Virus record (IMG/VR): IMGVR_UViG_3300006103_001171
Source of the DNA: an uncultured virus (IMG/VR IMGVR_UViG_3300006103_001171)
Taxonomy: Duplodnaviria > Heunggongvirae > Uroviricota > Caudoviricetes
Direction: 5' to 3' (one strand)
Length of the DNA: 64,000 bases
Numbering within the stretch: position 1 is the stretch's first letter; every line of letters begins with the position of its first letter. The notes under the pieces were generated by a model, which saw only the letters and a list, made by a program, of their open reading frames with translations, was not told the DNA's origin and made no database searches. This document shows, piece by piece, positions 28,501 to 39,108 of the stretch. The position numbers and the translations under genes were made by a program.

Positions 28501-30248
28501 CTTATTCAAAAGATGGTTCTACTGATTCTCAGGCTGCTAAATTTGACAGAATAGCTTCAGTTACCTTTACTATTGACCCAGAAAAAATACCAATTGAACA
28601 ACCAAAAATCACACCTATTAATGGTAGTATACCAAGTAGTTTTAGTAATGGGTTTTTAAAAAGATTTTATACTGAATTAGATTTTTTTGAAAAATTACAA
28701 AAAGGTGACCCAGCTAATGGGATTCCAGCAGATACATTTATTTTTGATAAATTTAGGGAAAAAATAAGATATTTTCACCCATCATTTCATTCTATTACAC
28801 CTGAAGGATTTAATTCTAGATTAACATTTTTATTACAGTGTACAAGACAAGGTGCAACACAAAATTCAACTGGTGACCCACAAAATTTAGCATTTGGTCA
28901 ACCACCAGTTTGTATTTTAAGAATTGGTGATTTTTATAACACAAAAATAATGATTGATAATGTTACCTTTAATTTTGATGATAACCTGTGGGATTTAAAT
29001 CCTGAGGGTATAGGTGTTCAACCGATGATTACAACTGTTAATATATCATTTAAATATATTGGTGGTTCAACGCTTTATGGACCTATTAATAAGCTTCAAA
29101 ATGCTTTATCTTTTAATTATTTTGCAAATGCTCAAGTTTATGACCCAAGAGCTGATTTTATCACTAAATCACCAGATATTGTTGTAAAAGGTGAGACTCC
29201 TTCTGACCCAGATACTAAAAATCAACAAACAGCTTTTGATGCTCAAAAGTATCAATTAAATACTGGTTTAAATCCTTTAACACAATCAATGGGTAAAATT
29301 ACAGATGCTGAAATTGAAAAATTATTTGGTCCATCACAAAGTGATATACAACCAATAAATGCTCAAATTGCTGCAAATCCTAATACTAGCTTAACTGATA
29401 TACAAAGACTAGAACTTTATAATTTATCGGCAGATACAACATCATGGTATTTCAATATTGGTAGGAAAGATTTAACCGATGATGGTTCGTTAAAACAAGA
29501 TTACCCTTTATCTGTTAATATTATTGATGGTACAAACACATATAATATTGATTTAACAACTTACTTAGCTGATGATACACCATTAAAAAGTAATGAAACA
29601 AGTCAAGATTTTTCATTTCCATTTACATACTTAATACCTAATTTTACTGGTATAACACCTAATATAAATTATACTTTTAATGTAAAAGTTGGTGATGCTG
29701 GTACTTTAACAGGAAATTATAGTGGTGATACACTAATCAATTCTTCAAGTGCATCATCATCTGATAAAGCACCAAAAATTGTTGGGTTTAAAAGTTATGA
29801 AATTCATTCAACTCTTTATGATTATGTTTATACATTTAATGTTAGTATAAATACAGAAAATATTTATATCATATGTGGCAATACTATTACTCAAATAATA
29901 AGTGATTCAGAATTACAAAGTTTTGTAAATAAAGGTATAAAAATAACACTCGAAAATTCTGTTAATCCAAGTGATTTTTCAGAATCGTTAATTATTAATT
30001 ATCCAGTATACACCCCAATTAATGGAGATATAAATAATGGTTCTATTTGTACAAAAAATTGTGATAACCCATTAGGTCAAGCTGTTGGTAGTATTGGCGT
30101 TTATCTTGGTTCACCAATAGGGTCTAACCCTACAGTTAAATTAGTTGATGGAACTTATGTGTTGAAATTATGGTATAATGGAACAATAATACAAAAATCA
30201 ATGGTTCAAATACCTTTTGATGGTTCTAGTCAAACTAAATATTTTTAA
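25569..30248 (+). CDS. Large baseplate/tube-initiator-type structural protein with an internal OmpA-like segment
   Basis: IGRGEPIYTYNNTERTGNLSF and PPVCILRIGDFYNTKI (tube-initiator-like); ISGKASS...NSQLAQERAKSL...DR (OmpA-like) at about 28020-28570. Confidence 0.65.
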   Translation: MPLYYNTSIPTDSTRNTINSVTVGTVTGNDIRDFLLSKNIINPIKYPQKAIFQGTGPLGGEPVLDTFANNGDSVINQLPIESETFRYENNVINNRFVNSDGLPPTFVKIEYQLIESNPDYPTSPNPDNGTTDYYKEDRNKYGILPKSNLLSYREKSTLKNLYVDNTKQVDVSDYIVLQPINTNSQISGGYLDKYGGINLGQGVAVQAANILGSAINGQGIGISNLNGGLSNSFDIRSSLAGRALTAAGILKDTKLGVIGGQQLALALANNAAFNTQKQILGLFDVSTDITNIIQGKGLNGFRKNYTITVPSNTKPLTYVEKVLGFYTPNSFLSSDGSPFSNENGYVTDMQWTNSMLINTGDGQIDSLTANIKANLGLGKNVSNGYNQDDTPFRSGYSPGYTDHKRKFIVNPNGYAFMTTKGDLYPFVNALTTTTGGTTTTNKVIPDLNWNREAIVVDYGFVSPEDGNIHYNVDDGAPFKTNFTWITNNGDALNSNKGGITFQGDLATPSNNKKSLLWKTQLLFNDKGMKNIVSVKGDMGIKKSTQIQTVSSVGGISKGSAVLTNWMFNPKDGSIMKNATGQTADNTFCRAWTPYNRYDSLSKLIRSAGINQAETPGNGNTIQNRWRLNYQGSVLDDNGFVKIVPYKTDKDIDRSGTYGGGIPTSPKKYMFSIENLAWAGQAASNLLPIEQGPGDLLTGKFGRIMWFPPYDLTFSETSNVSLETTNFIGRGEPIYTYNNTERTGNLSFKIFADHSSIMNTFAGKNGPSEDFVRSFLSGCIDLEASWGNKFTYDEMHQVKIKTVTEVPKQQVVKPPIYIFSFYFPNDVYDINYTRNLNDGTLVKFYEHNSKHENKNGDSVDGIGVYAGQEGNNWVDNTNYDFNLGVEGPTGKKYDSVFSPNFISDLNTWLNTEIKDGGCKGCTARISGKASSQTVANNINSQLAQERAKSLNEFITSNFPNVKCKITKTNVGTGNNPYGTYSKDGSTDSQAAKFDRIASVTFTIDPEKIPIEQPKITPINGSIPSSFSNGFLKRFYTELDFFEKLQKGDPANGIPADTFIFDKFREKIRYFHPSFHSITPEGFNSRLTFLLQCTRQGATQNSTGDPQNLAFGQPPVCILRIGDFYNTKIMIDNVTFNFDDNLWDLNPEGIGVQPMITTVNISFKYIGGSTLYGPINKLQNALSFNYFANAQVYDPRADFITKSPDIVVKGETPSDPDTKNQQTAFDAQKYQLNTGLNPLTQSMGKITDAEIEKLFGPSQSDIQPINAQIAANPNTSLTDIQRLELYNLSADTTSWYFNIGRKDLTDDGSLKQDYPLSVNIIDGTNTYNIDLTTYLADDTPLKSNETSQDFSFPFTYLIPNFTGITPNINYTFNVKVGDAGTLTGNYSGDTLINSSSASSSDKAPKIVGFKSYEIHSTLYDYVYTFNVSINTENIYIICGNTITQIISDSELQSFVNKGIKITLENSVNPSDFSESLIINYPVYTPINGDINNGSICTKNCDNPLGQAVGSIGVYLGSPIGSNPTVKLVDGTYVLKLWYNGTIIQKSMVQIPFDGSSQTKYF

Positions 30249-30251
30249 TAT

Positions 30252-30572
30252 ATGGCATATTTTGATAGATATAATAATTTTAGGGTTAATGGTGCAATGA
30301 AACCAATACCAGGTTTAATTTTACCACCACTTTCATCAGATAAACAAATTATTTATGAATTAGGTAAATCAAGACTTGACATTATAAGTAATCAATACTA
30401 TAATAGTCCTTATTATGGTTGGCTTATTTTATTGGCCAATCAAGAATTTGGTGGTTTAGAATTTAATATTAAAGACCAATCAATTTTAACAATCCCATTT
30501 CCATTTGAAAGTGCGATAGAAAGATATATAACATCGATTAATACATACAAGTCTTTATATGGCGAACAATAG
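30252..30572 (+). CDS. Small baseplate protein (gp53/tail X/LysM-like)
   Basis: RLDIISNQYYNSPYYGWLILLAN...LTIP. Confidence 0.75.
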   Translation: MAYFDRYNNFRVNGAMKPIPGLILPPLSSDKQIIYELGKSRLDIISNQYYNSPYYGWLILLANQEFGGLEFNIKDQSILTIPFPFESAIERYITSINTYKSLYGEQ

Positions 30573-33500
30573 TCAAAAAATAATTAAACCAATTGGTACT
30601 AGATTAAATTTAGTTGACCCAAATAATTTTGAGTATCAATATGCTGGTAATTCATTTGATGATAATAGTCAATTTAACATGTCTGTGCCAAACGAAGATT
30701 TGTGTATTATAGTTGAACTTAAAACAAATCAAACTAGCAGAACAGTTTTAAATAGTAATAATTCTAATTTTACAGTTAATAATACTAATGCTGGTAATTC
30801 AAAAATCTTAGTTAATTTTATCGGTGGTAAAAATGATTCAACAGTTACTAATGACCCAAAAAGTAGTTATTTAACGACAAGTTATACTGATGTATCAGAT
30901 ATATCAACCAATAATAATGCTGTTGATGAAGCATTGGGTATAACTAGTATTGACATTGAATTTAATTCACAATATGCACCCATGATTAATATCAACTTTA
31001 TTGATATTAGAGGTGCGGCTATATTTCAAAATGGCGCAAAATCAAAATATGGTGTTTTTTTTAAATTACCATATCCAATTTTTCAATTAAAAATTAAGGG
31101 GTATTATGGTAAACCAGTTGTATATTGCTTACATATGATTAAATGTACAACTAAATTTAATTCTCAAACTGGTAATTTTGAAATAGCGGCACAATTTGTT
31201 GGTTATACATACGCAATGCTATCTGATATGATTTTAGGTTATATGAGAGCAGCTGAAGAAACTACTAGGGGTAAAGAATTATTATCATCAAATTATAGTG
31301 GTATACCATCAATTAATAAATTATTATCAGATATTGGAAATATTGATAGGGGTGGTAGTGGTACTGATATACCACCAGAATTAGATAAAAAGATTAAGGC
31401 TTTACCAACTATTCAATCAGATGTTAGTTCAATAAAAACTTTAATAACTTCAACAATTAATTCTTTTAATACGTCAAATACAAGTTTATTAAATAGTGGT
31501 AATGCTAATGACCCTAGCAATAGCAATACTTATAATATTTCAATATTAAATGGTGCTGTTGATGATAAAACATTACAAACTTTTAGTACTGATTTTAATA
31601 AATTATTATTAACTTTTGATACTGACGTTAGAACAAATAAATTTTTGGATAATTTACAATATTCTGATACAACAAGTGATAAAAAACCAAATGTATTAAA
31701 TATTAAATTAAATGATTTAATAAACCCAACAAATAAAGTTGATTTATATAATACAATAAGTTCAGCATATAACGTTGATTCTAAATCAACCGATATTTTA
31801 GATGAAATAATAAAAAATTTAATTAACGTTTCCAATAGCATTTCAGATAAAAATTCAACCGTATTTTTTTATGATTTTAACTCTTTATTATCAATATATG
31901 TTAATAATAAAAATAGTGCTATTGATTCATTAAATAAAGATTTAAATCTTCAATTAGTTTCAGCCGCTGAAACAAATTTAAAAAGTTTAAACGTTGATAC
32001 CTCAATAAGAGGTATGCTAAGTGTTTTTACAACTGGTATTGAAATATTCTTACAACAATTAATCGAAACATCACAAAGATATCAAGAAAATAATAGAGTT
32101 AAAGAATTATTGGGTTTAGGTATAGAAAATTTAGATATATTAAATAATAAAAATAATAAAAATAATAATTCATCAAATAACCCAACTGTAATATATCCTT
32201 GGCCAGAATATGTTTTAAATGGTGAAGAAACATATATTGGTGGACCAAATGGTGTTAAAAATCCAGATAATGTACCAGAAATTCAATTAGTTAATGCATT
32301 ATATCAAGGTTTTAAAGAAAATGAATTAGTTAATAATTCAAGTGTTGGTGGACCAAATACAGCCAATTGGTTTGCCAGTAACCCAGTTGATTCATCAATA
32401 AATTTTATTGGTTTTAATGAAACCAATGAAACAAATCCATATAATAGATTAGGGAATAATGCAACAAATTTAGATATAATAAATTATATAGTTATTAGAG
32501 CTGTTACCTTTTTAGGGTTTTCAAATAGACTTATATCAGAAGCTGAAATAACTAACAGTAATGGTGATGGCTTTGCAGATAAAGAAGCGGCAAATTTCAT
32601 ATCCGCTTATCAAAATAATAATAATTTAATATCGGCAGTTAACTTACAATTAAATTCAATCATCTCAACAAATAGTATTTTAGATTTAAAAATAAATGAT
32701 GTACAAATATTTGATTCAAATAATAATTTTAGGGGTAGTTTTGTACCAATAAAGTCAAAACCAAAAACTACCTCAAATGTTAATACTTCAAATACTAGTC
32801 AAACAGTTACTGCGAATTTTTTTGAAGATTATCATTTAATAAGTAGTGATATTACCAATGAAGATATTAAAAAAAATGATTTTTATTTAAATAATCTATT
32901 TGGACCAGCATTATCAGCTGATAAACTTGATAAATCACCATTTGATGGTGGTATTGGTTATGACCCTAACACAATACCCAGATATTTAGATTTTATAGAT
33001 AAAAACCAATATGATACACAAACACCTAATGTAATAAAAGCAGCAAAACCAATTAATTTTAAAAAATTATCTGATTTAAAGTTAACACCAACACCAACAC
33101 CTGATAATTTAATTGATGTTGGTTTTTTAGCTAATGCTGGTAAATATGGTGTTCAAGAATTTACAACAATTGATTATTCTAATTCAATATATACTTTAAA
33201 AAATAATGCAACGACTTTATATTTTTATAGTTTATTTTTTGATAATGCAATTAACCCAAATACTAACATTGGTTACTTAACGTATCCAAGAAATTATGAT
33301 GGTGTTGGTTATACAACTGATTATGATATTAAAAATAATAATTTTAAAGAAATAACTTCTAGTTCACCTTATGTTACAATAGACGAATTAAATAGTATTT
33401 TCATTGCTGGACCAAATAAATCACAAAATACAACCCCTAATTATAATACTAGGCAAAATTTTGGTGCAAATATACAATTAATATCTGATTTAAATAATGC

Positions 33501-36500
33501 TGAATACCCATATGCTACATTCAGTACCGCATCAAACATACTGAATAATAATGAACCTGAAACTCAAGAAACATTGATTAGTTTATTTGGTTCTCGTTTG
33601 TATAATAAACAAAGCATAACTGGACAAACATTTTTATTTTTACATTCACTACCATGGAGAGGTTTAATTTATTCAAGTAAACCAGGCGCATTTAAATTTG
33701 GTATTTTTAATGATGATAAAATACGAAGTATTTTTAAATATAGGACTGGTTTTATTCAAGTACCTAAATTATTCCCAGCATTTATCGGTGGTTTATTACT
33801 TAGATATCAAGAAGGTTTACTTGGTAAAGATATAATAGATTGGGGACCAAGTAATGATAACTATATACCAGTTTTTAATAGTGATTCAAATGGTCACATT
33901 CCAAAAACCGATGAATATCTAAGAGTTGATATTAAAGATATTTTATCTTCAATGGCTTTTGGTGCTAAAGAATTTTCTAATTATGCTAAATTAGAAGACA
34001 CTTTACTAAATTTACCACAATCCGTTAAGGATTCGTTTATTCAAGAATTTTTAAATTTTTCTCTAACATATGATAATGATGTGAATCAATATTGTCAAAT
34101 AAAACCTAAATCTACTTGGGAAAATTCATTTAAAAATATTGTAAATGGAACTAAAAATGTTGATACAATTTTAAATAATTTTGACTTACCAAAAAATGGT
34201 AAAATAACTGATTATAAAGTTATCACATATGCAAATACTGTTAATGATGCTAATAATAATGTTGATTATTGGGTTGGCTATTCATTATTTTTAGAATATG
34301 CTGATGGCAGCTCACAATCAAAAATATTAAAAAATTTAATTTTTGATTATACGTATATATCAAATGATTCATATTTAATATGGAGCGATGATATTTTTAA
34401 TGATAATTATAATAATGGTGTTACTATTAATTATACAATTAATATACCTAGTTCTGTAATCATTAATTATTTAAAAGCATTTAAAGGTATTACTAATACT
34501 AATGTTACCAATACACAAAGTTCTTCAGTTTCACAAACACAAGAATTAGCAATTAAATTTGAAACTTATAGAACATTAAAAAAAATATATGAGAAGTGGA
34601 TTAACGTTTTAGAAAACAAATATACTAATGGTTCTAACGATGTAATATTTCAGTGCTGTACTCAAGGTACTTCAGTTGGTGATAGATTAAAAAAAGATAC
34701 TGATATAGCTAAAAATCTCGGTGGTTATAATACACCAAGATTAATAGATAGTTTCAGATTTTTAGATAAAAATTTTAATGATATTAGTAAATTATTTAAT
34801 ATTAATCCATTAAGTTTTTATAAAATGATTATAAATAGCCCTAATATAAATTTTTATGATATGGCTGGTCGAATACTTACAGATAATCATTTTAATTTTA
34901 TTGCATTACCATCATTTGTTGACTATAATAATCCAGATGAGGTTGTTAATATGTTTACACCCTATACATATTACGAGGCTTCAACTAGGACAGTACAAGG
35001 ACCATCATTTGTTTGCGTTTATGTTGGTCAAACATCAACTAAATTAGATTTTGATAATGACCAAGATTATGGTCATCCAAATGATGGGTTTGATTTAAAT
35101 GGTAAGAATTTACCACAAGATTTCTCAAATTTAGCTAAAGATTGGGAAGATGTACATGCTGCTTTTGTTGTTAGATATGGTCAACAAAATCAAAATATAT
35201 TTAAGGATGTAAAATTAGACCAAGCTGAGTTTAGTGAAACGGCCGAATCATTATTAGTTGTTGATAATATAGCAAATAGTCTTGGTAAAACAAATCTTAC
35301 ATATGCTGGTCAAAATCTTTATGACGTTTATTCAGTTAGAAGTTATAAAGCTGAAGTTGAAATGCTTGGTAATGCCATGATTCAACCAATGATGTATTTT
35401 CAATTAGAAAATATACCATTATTTCATGGTGCTTATTTAATTACAAAAGTTACACATTCGATTAAACCAAACCATATGTCAACAACATTTAATGGTACTA
35501 GGATAAAATCTGGAAAAACACCACTTCTTACACAATCAGAAATTGTTGCCGATTTATTAACTAGTTATGGTTATAGTGTTCAACCACAAAGCATAGACTT
35601 AACAAAAAATTATGTTGATAAGTATCACGCAATACTGTATAGAAATTTACCAAGTAATAATACTATTGTTCGTACAACTGGTACACCTATTTCAACAAAT
35701 TTAGAAACAAATGTACCAAAAACAGCTTTAGCTGAGTATAAAACATTTGGTAATGGTACATACACAACACCTAAAATGAATAATAGAATTAATGATTATT
35801 TTAATAAAATAGGTTCACCAGATTATACACAATGGAGTGCGGCTTTTATATCGTATGTAATGTATTCTGCTGATAATACTTTTCCAATAAATGAATCACA
35901 TTGTGGTTATGTAACACAGGCAATGAATGGTGAGAGTGGTTATGAGGTTTTTCCACTTAATTCTGGTTTAAAAATAAAAGCAGAGGTTGGTGACATTTTA
36001 ACTTTTTCTAGACCTGGTGGTTTTTATAAATCACATTCCAATGTGATATATGAAGTTAACGGTAATGTCGCTAAATTAATGGGTGGTAACGTTAGGGGTG
36101 TAAATGGTAATACTGTAAATATTAGTACAATTACATTGGATGATGGGTTTATCACAGATAATGTTAAATTTCCAGTTGGAAATGATTACAAATTATTAAC
36201 TAAAAATACTGGTGGTGTATATTACGACCATAAAACTAACTTATCTGATTACCCAATAGATTCAGTAAATCAAATTACATCAATTAATACAAAACAAACT
36301 AGTAAACAATTAAGTGCTAATCAATTAACTGTTAAAAATTTCTTTAAAGATTATTTTACGTCTTATGAAAATGGTAAATATTCTAGTAAAGCAAAAGAAA
36401 TTACAGCTGGTATTATGGGAAATATTCAAGCAGAATCTGATTTTAATCCGACTCAAATAACCGCAGATTCAAATCATCAATATGCTTTTGGTTTAATTCA

Positions 36501-36843
36501 ATGGAACGGTATTCAAGATATATTCAAACAAATTGGTAATGTTCCAACTAGTCGAGATAAAGCTACAGCAGCATCACAAATGGGTAGTATTGTTGGTAAT
36601 GATACTAGTTCTCAATTAAATTCTATTGTAAATAATAATGGTAAAAATCCAGACTTTAAAAATTATGTTAAACAACTTAGTATAATAAATTCAGCAAATG
36701 ATTCAGCATTTTTCTGGGCTAATAAAGTAGAAATATGTGATAATTGTAAAAGAAGAGATTCACCAGTTATAATAAAAAGACAAGGATTTGCTAATGATTT
36801 TTTCAATAGATTTAATAATCAAAGTGACCCACTAGCTTGGTAA
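30559..36843 (+). CDS. Baseplate hub/central spike protein with C-terminal peptidoglycan-hydrolase-like domains
   Basis: AEVEMLGNAMIQPMMYF...GAYLITKVTHSI (hub); WSAAFISYVM...GDIL...SH...GGNV (DUF2272/CHAP-like); AGIMGNIQAES...FGLIQW (phage tail lysozyme). Confidence 0.75.
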   Translation: MANNSQKIIKPIGTRLNLVDPNNFEYQYAGNSFDDNSQFNMSVPNEDLCIIVELKTNQTSRTVLNSNNSNFTVNNTNAGNSKILVNFIGGKNDSTVTNDPKSSYLTTSYTDVSDISTNNNAVDEALGITSIDIEFNSQYAPMININFIDIRGAAIFQNGAKSKYGVFFKLPYPIFQLKIKGYYGKPVVYCLHMIKCTTKFNSQTGNFEIAAQFVGYTYAMLSDMILGYMRAAEETTRGKELLSSNYSGIPSINKLLSDIGNIDRGGSGTDIPPELDKKIKALPTIQSDVSSIKTLITSTINSFNTSNTSLLNSGNANDPSNSNTYNISILNGAVDDKTLQTFSTDFNKLLLTFDTDVRTNKFLDNLQYSDTTSDKKPNVLNIKLNDLINPTNKVDLYNTISSAYNVDSKSTDILDEIIKNLINVSNSISDKNSTVFFYDFNSLLSIYVNNKNSAIDSLNKDLNLQLVSAAETNLKSLNVDTSIRGMLSVFTTGIEIFLQQLIETSQRYQENNRVKELLGLGIENLDILNNKNNKNNNSSNNPTVIYPWPEYVLNGEETYIGGPNGVKNPDNVPEIQLVNALYQGFKENELVNNSSVGGPNTANWFASNPVDSSINFIGFNETNETNPYNRLGNNATNLDIINYIVIRAVTFLGFSNRLISEAEITNSNGDGFADKEAANFISAYQNNNNLISAVNLQLNSIISTNSILDLKINDVQIFDSNNNFRGSFVPIKSKPKTTSNVNTSNTSQTVTANFFEDYHLISSDITNEDIKKNDFYLNNLFGPALSADKLDKSPFDGGIGYDPNTIPRYLDFIDKNQYDTQTPNVIKAAKPINFKKLSDLKLTPTPTPDNLIDVGFLANAGKYGVQEFTTIDYSNSIYTLKNNATTLYFYSLFFDNAINPNTNIGYLTYPRNYDGVGYTTDYDIKNNNFKEITSSSPYVTIDELNSIFIAGPNKSQNTTPNYNTRQNFGANIQLISDLNNAEYPYATFSTASNILNNNEPETQETLISLFGSRLYNKQSITGQTFLFLHSLPWRGLIYSSKPGAFKFGIFNDDKIRSIFKYRTGFIQVPKLFPAFIGGLLLRYQEGLLGKDIIDWGPSNDNYIPVFNSDSNGHIPKTDEYLRVDIKDILSSMAFGAKEFSNYAKLEDTLLNLPQSVKDSFIQEFLNFSLTYDNDVNQYCQIKPKSTWENSFKNIVNGTKNVDTILNNFDLPKNGKITDYKVITYANTVNDANNNVDYWVGYSLFLEYADGSSQSKILKNLIFDYTYISNDSYLIWSDDIFNDNYNNGVTINYTINIPSSVIINYLKAFKGITNTNVTNTQSSSVSQTQELAIKFETYRTLKKIYEKWINVLENKYTNGSNDVIFQCCTQGTSVGDRLKKDTDIAKNLGGYNTPRLIDSFRFLDKNFNDISKLFNINPLSFYKMIINSPNINFYDMAGRILTDNHFNFIALPSFVDYNNPDEVVNMFTPYTYYEASTRTVQGPSFVCVYVGQTSTKLDFDNDQDYGHPNDGFDLNGKNLPQDFSNLAKDWEDVHAAFVVRYGQQNQNIFKDVKLDQAEFSETAESLLVVDNIANSLGKTNLTYAGQNLYDVYSVRSYKAEVEMLGNAMIQPMMYFQLENIPLFHGAYLITKVTHSIKPNHMSTTFNGTRIKSGKTPLLTQSEIVADLLTSYGYSVQPQSIDLTKNYVDKYHAILYRNLPSNNTIVRTTGTPISTNLETNVPKTALAEYKTFGNGTYTTPKMNNRINDYFNKIGSPDYTQWSAAFISYVMYSADNTFPINESHCGYVTQAMNGESGYEVFPLNSGLKIKAEVGDILTFSRPGGFYKSHSNVIYEVNGNVAKLMGGNVRGVNGNTVNISTITLDDGFITDNVKFPVGNDYKLLTKNTGGVYYDHKTNLSDYPIDSVNQITSINTKQTSKQLSANQLTVKNFFKDYFTSYENGKYSSKAKEITAGIMGNIQAESDFNPTQITADSNHQYAFGLIQWNGIQDIFKQIGNVPTSRDKATAASQMGSIVGNDTSSQLNSIVNNNGKNPDFKNYVKQLSIINSANDSAFFWANKVEICDNCKRRDSPVIIKRQGFANDFFNRFNNQSDPLAW

Positions 36844-36866
36844 TTAAAAATTATTTCGTATATTTG
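36837..36866 (+). promoter_or_regulatory. Bacteroidota-type promoter
   Basis: TTG-N19-TATATTTG, ending 5 nt before the ATG at 36872. Confidence 0.6.
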
Positions 36867-36871
36867 CCGAC

Positions 36872-37465
36872 ATGAAGATTGGTAATATTGTTTCAACAAC
36901 AAATATAAGTGTTTCTGAAGATTTTAATGTGGTTCAATCCTTGGATAAAATTATTCAAGGATTACCTACATTAATTATTGGGTGGGATTACGTAAGACAA
37001 AACTACCCAGACTATGATATAATAGATAAAAAACTATCTGATAATCTTTTTTGGACATTTAAAAAAACAGAAAGAAGAAATGTTCACGAAGAAGATATTT
37101 ATTACTTCATACAAAATTGCTATAATAATCTTATTAAGGATATCGTCTATCATTTTATAGACCCATTCGCATTAACACCCAAATCAATAAAGAAATTACT
37201 TAAAAAAATAAGCTCAAGTAAATCAATAAGCTATCACCATGAAAATATGGTTTATATTTACATTGAAAATTTTATACTAGGTGTTGATATTTCCTTACTA
37301 GAATTTATGGGTTTTAGCCGTGAAAAAATATTATCAAAAATAAAAACAAAAACAAGTATCTTTTTGAATAAAGATATGATATTTATAGAATATAAACATA
37401 GGGTTGAAGTATTTGAAAATCAAATCAAGTACATACCTTTTTTATATTCGATAGAACATGGATAA
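36872..37465 (+). CDS. Hypothetical protein
   Basis: 197-aa ORF with its own promoter; LPTLIIGW motif. Confidence 0.65.
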   Translation: MKIGNIVSTTNISVSEDFNVVQSLDKIIQGLPTLIIGWDYVRQNYPDYDIIDKKLSDNLFWTFKKTERRNVHEEDIYYFIQNCYNNLIKDIVYHFIDPFALTPKSIKKLLKKISSSKSISYHHENMVYIYIENFILGVDISLLEFMGFSREKILSKIKTKTSIFLNKDMIFIEYKHRVEVFENQIKYIPFLYSIEHG

Positions 37466-37859
37466 AACATTATTATTAGCATCATTTATTTTCCCAGAAA
37501 GAGTTGATTGGTTCCTAAATTACCTAGAAAATAAATTTGAAATTCCAAGGAATAAAGTTTTTAGATACGATAACGTTGATGATGAATCTAAAGTCATCTT
37601 AACATTCAGATTGAATTTACCAGATGGTAAACGATTAGATTTAAAAGAATTATTTCCTAACGCTATAATTATCCATAAAAAGGGTGATGCGTTATATACA
37701 ATAAATGCTCTTAATAGTCTAATAGATTCCGAATACCCTGAGTCTAAGGGTAACATTGATTATAAATCAATTAAAATCAATTGGTCAAAATATCAAAACA
37801 AATTTATTCTCGTGGATAATAAAGAATTGGTTTTTTTAAACATAAAACGAATTTTTTAA
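37458..37859 (+). CDS. Hypothetical protein
   Basis: 133-aa ORF overlapping the previous stop; IHKKGDALYTINALN motif. Confidence 0.65.
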   Translation: MDKTLLLASFIFPERVDWFLNYLENKFEIPRNKVFRYDNVDDESKVILTFRLNLPDGKRLDLKELFPNAIIIHKKGDALYTINALNSLIDSEYPESKGNIDYKSIKINWSKYQNKFILVDNKELVFLNIKRIF

Positions 37860-37905
37860 TTAATTTAAGATATTTATATAGTATAATATAAATAAATTTT
37901 TCACC

Positions 37906-38097
37906 ATGAATACACAAACAAATGAAAAAAATGTTAAAAAAGCCATAGATGCTTTTTTAAATCAACCAACAACAAATGAACAAAATCAAGAAATGGATTG
38001 CAGTTCAGGTACTTGCATTATTAAAAATGATAAGAGTATTGTTGAAAGAATCAATAAAAAGATAATCGTTGAAGACGGTAGACAACTATTAATTTAA
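37906..38097 (+). CDS. Small hypothetical protein
   Basis: 63 aa, ATATTTAT motif upstream, abuts the next gene. Confidence 0.6.
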   Translation: MNTQTNEKNVKKAIDAFLNQPTTNEQNQEMDCSSGTCIIKNDKSIVERINKKIIVEDGRQLLI

Positions 38098-38099
38098 TT

Positions 38100-38897
38100 A
38101 TGGCAAAAAAAACAGACCCAAAAATGTTACAAGAAGCTTTAAAGAGATTTAGACTTCTTTCTGAATACAGTTTTTATACTGAAGAACCTAAAAATGATGA
38201 TAACCTTATCTTAGGTAATGTTGATGAAGCTGACGAAGAATCAAATGATGCTGATATAGATTTTGGTGGTGATGCAAATACTGTTCCACCAGCAGATGCT
38301 AAACCAGCCGATGATTCAAAGACAGCTAATCCAGAACCAGCACCACAAGATGCTGCCGCTGGACCTAACGCTACAGCTGATGATGAAAGTGGTGTTGACG
38401 ATATGGAAACAGCTGATACAAACGATATGGAAACAGCTGATACTGAAGCACCAGAAGAAGATGAGGTTGATGTTGACGTAACACAATTGGTTGATAACAC
38501 TAAAGATGCCAAAAAAGCTGCTGATGTAGCTGGTCATAAAGCTAGTAAGCTTATGAATAAGTTTAGCGAATTAGAAAGAAAAATCGATTCAATGGCTAGT
38601 ATTAGTCATAAAATTGATTCACTTGAAAAAGAAATCGCTAAAAGAAACCCAACACCTAATGAAAAATTAGAACTTAGGTCTTTAGATTCAGCACCATTTA
38701 ATATAAAACTAAAAGATTATTGGAAAGATGTTGATGGTTATGATACTGGTGTTACCGATAAAAAACACAAAGAATATATTCTAACTAAAAGCGATATTGA
38801 TGACGAATTTTTAGATAGTAATGTAAAGAATTCATTTAATGTTCCAGATGAAGAAGAAGATGAAAGAAACGATTACGAAGAAGAAGATATCTACTAA
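38100..38897 (+). CDS. Acidic coiled-coil hypothetical protein
   Basis: Asp/Glu-rich linker containing a 24-bp duplication (DMETADT twice), a heptad region, and a following terminator. Confidence 0.65.
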   Translation: MAKKTDPKMLQEALKRFRLLSEYSFYTEEPKNDDNLILGNVDEADEESNDADIDFGGDANTVPPADAKPADDSKTANPEPAPQDAAAGPNATADDESGVDDMETADTNDMETADTEAPEEDEVDVDVTQLVDNTKDAKKAADVAGHKASKLMNKFSELERKIDSMASISHKIDSLEKEIAKRNPTPNEKLELRSLDSAPFNIKLKDYWKDVDGYDTGVTDKKHKEYILTKSDIDDEFLDSNVKNSFNVPDEEEDERNDYEEEDIY

Positions 38898-38911
38898 TCA
38901 AAATAAAATAT

Positions 38912-38945
38912 AAAAAAGAGGTGCTTAATAGCACCTTTTTTATTT
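38912..38945 (+). terminator. Intrinsic terminator
   Basis: AGGTGCT-TAAT-AGCACCT and T tract. Confidence 0.8.
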
Positions 38946-38969
38946 AATATATTTTTTTTTTAATAAAGG

Positions 38970-39061
38970 TTGTGTTCTTAAATTTTATGGTGTATATTTG
39001 CATATATTTACTCGGAAAAACAAAAAAAATAGCTTGACTTTTTTAAAATTTTCCTTATATT
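38970..39061 (+). promoter_or_regulatory. Tandem promoters for the replication block
   Basis: TTG-N20-TATATTTG at 38970-39000 and TTGACT-N16-TATATT at 39034-39061. Confidence 0.6.
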
Positions 39062-39108
39062 AAAGATACAAAATAGTAAATAATACTTAAATATAAATTT
39101 AGAAAACA

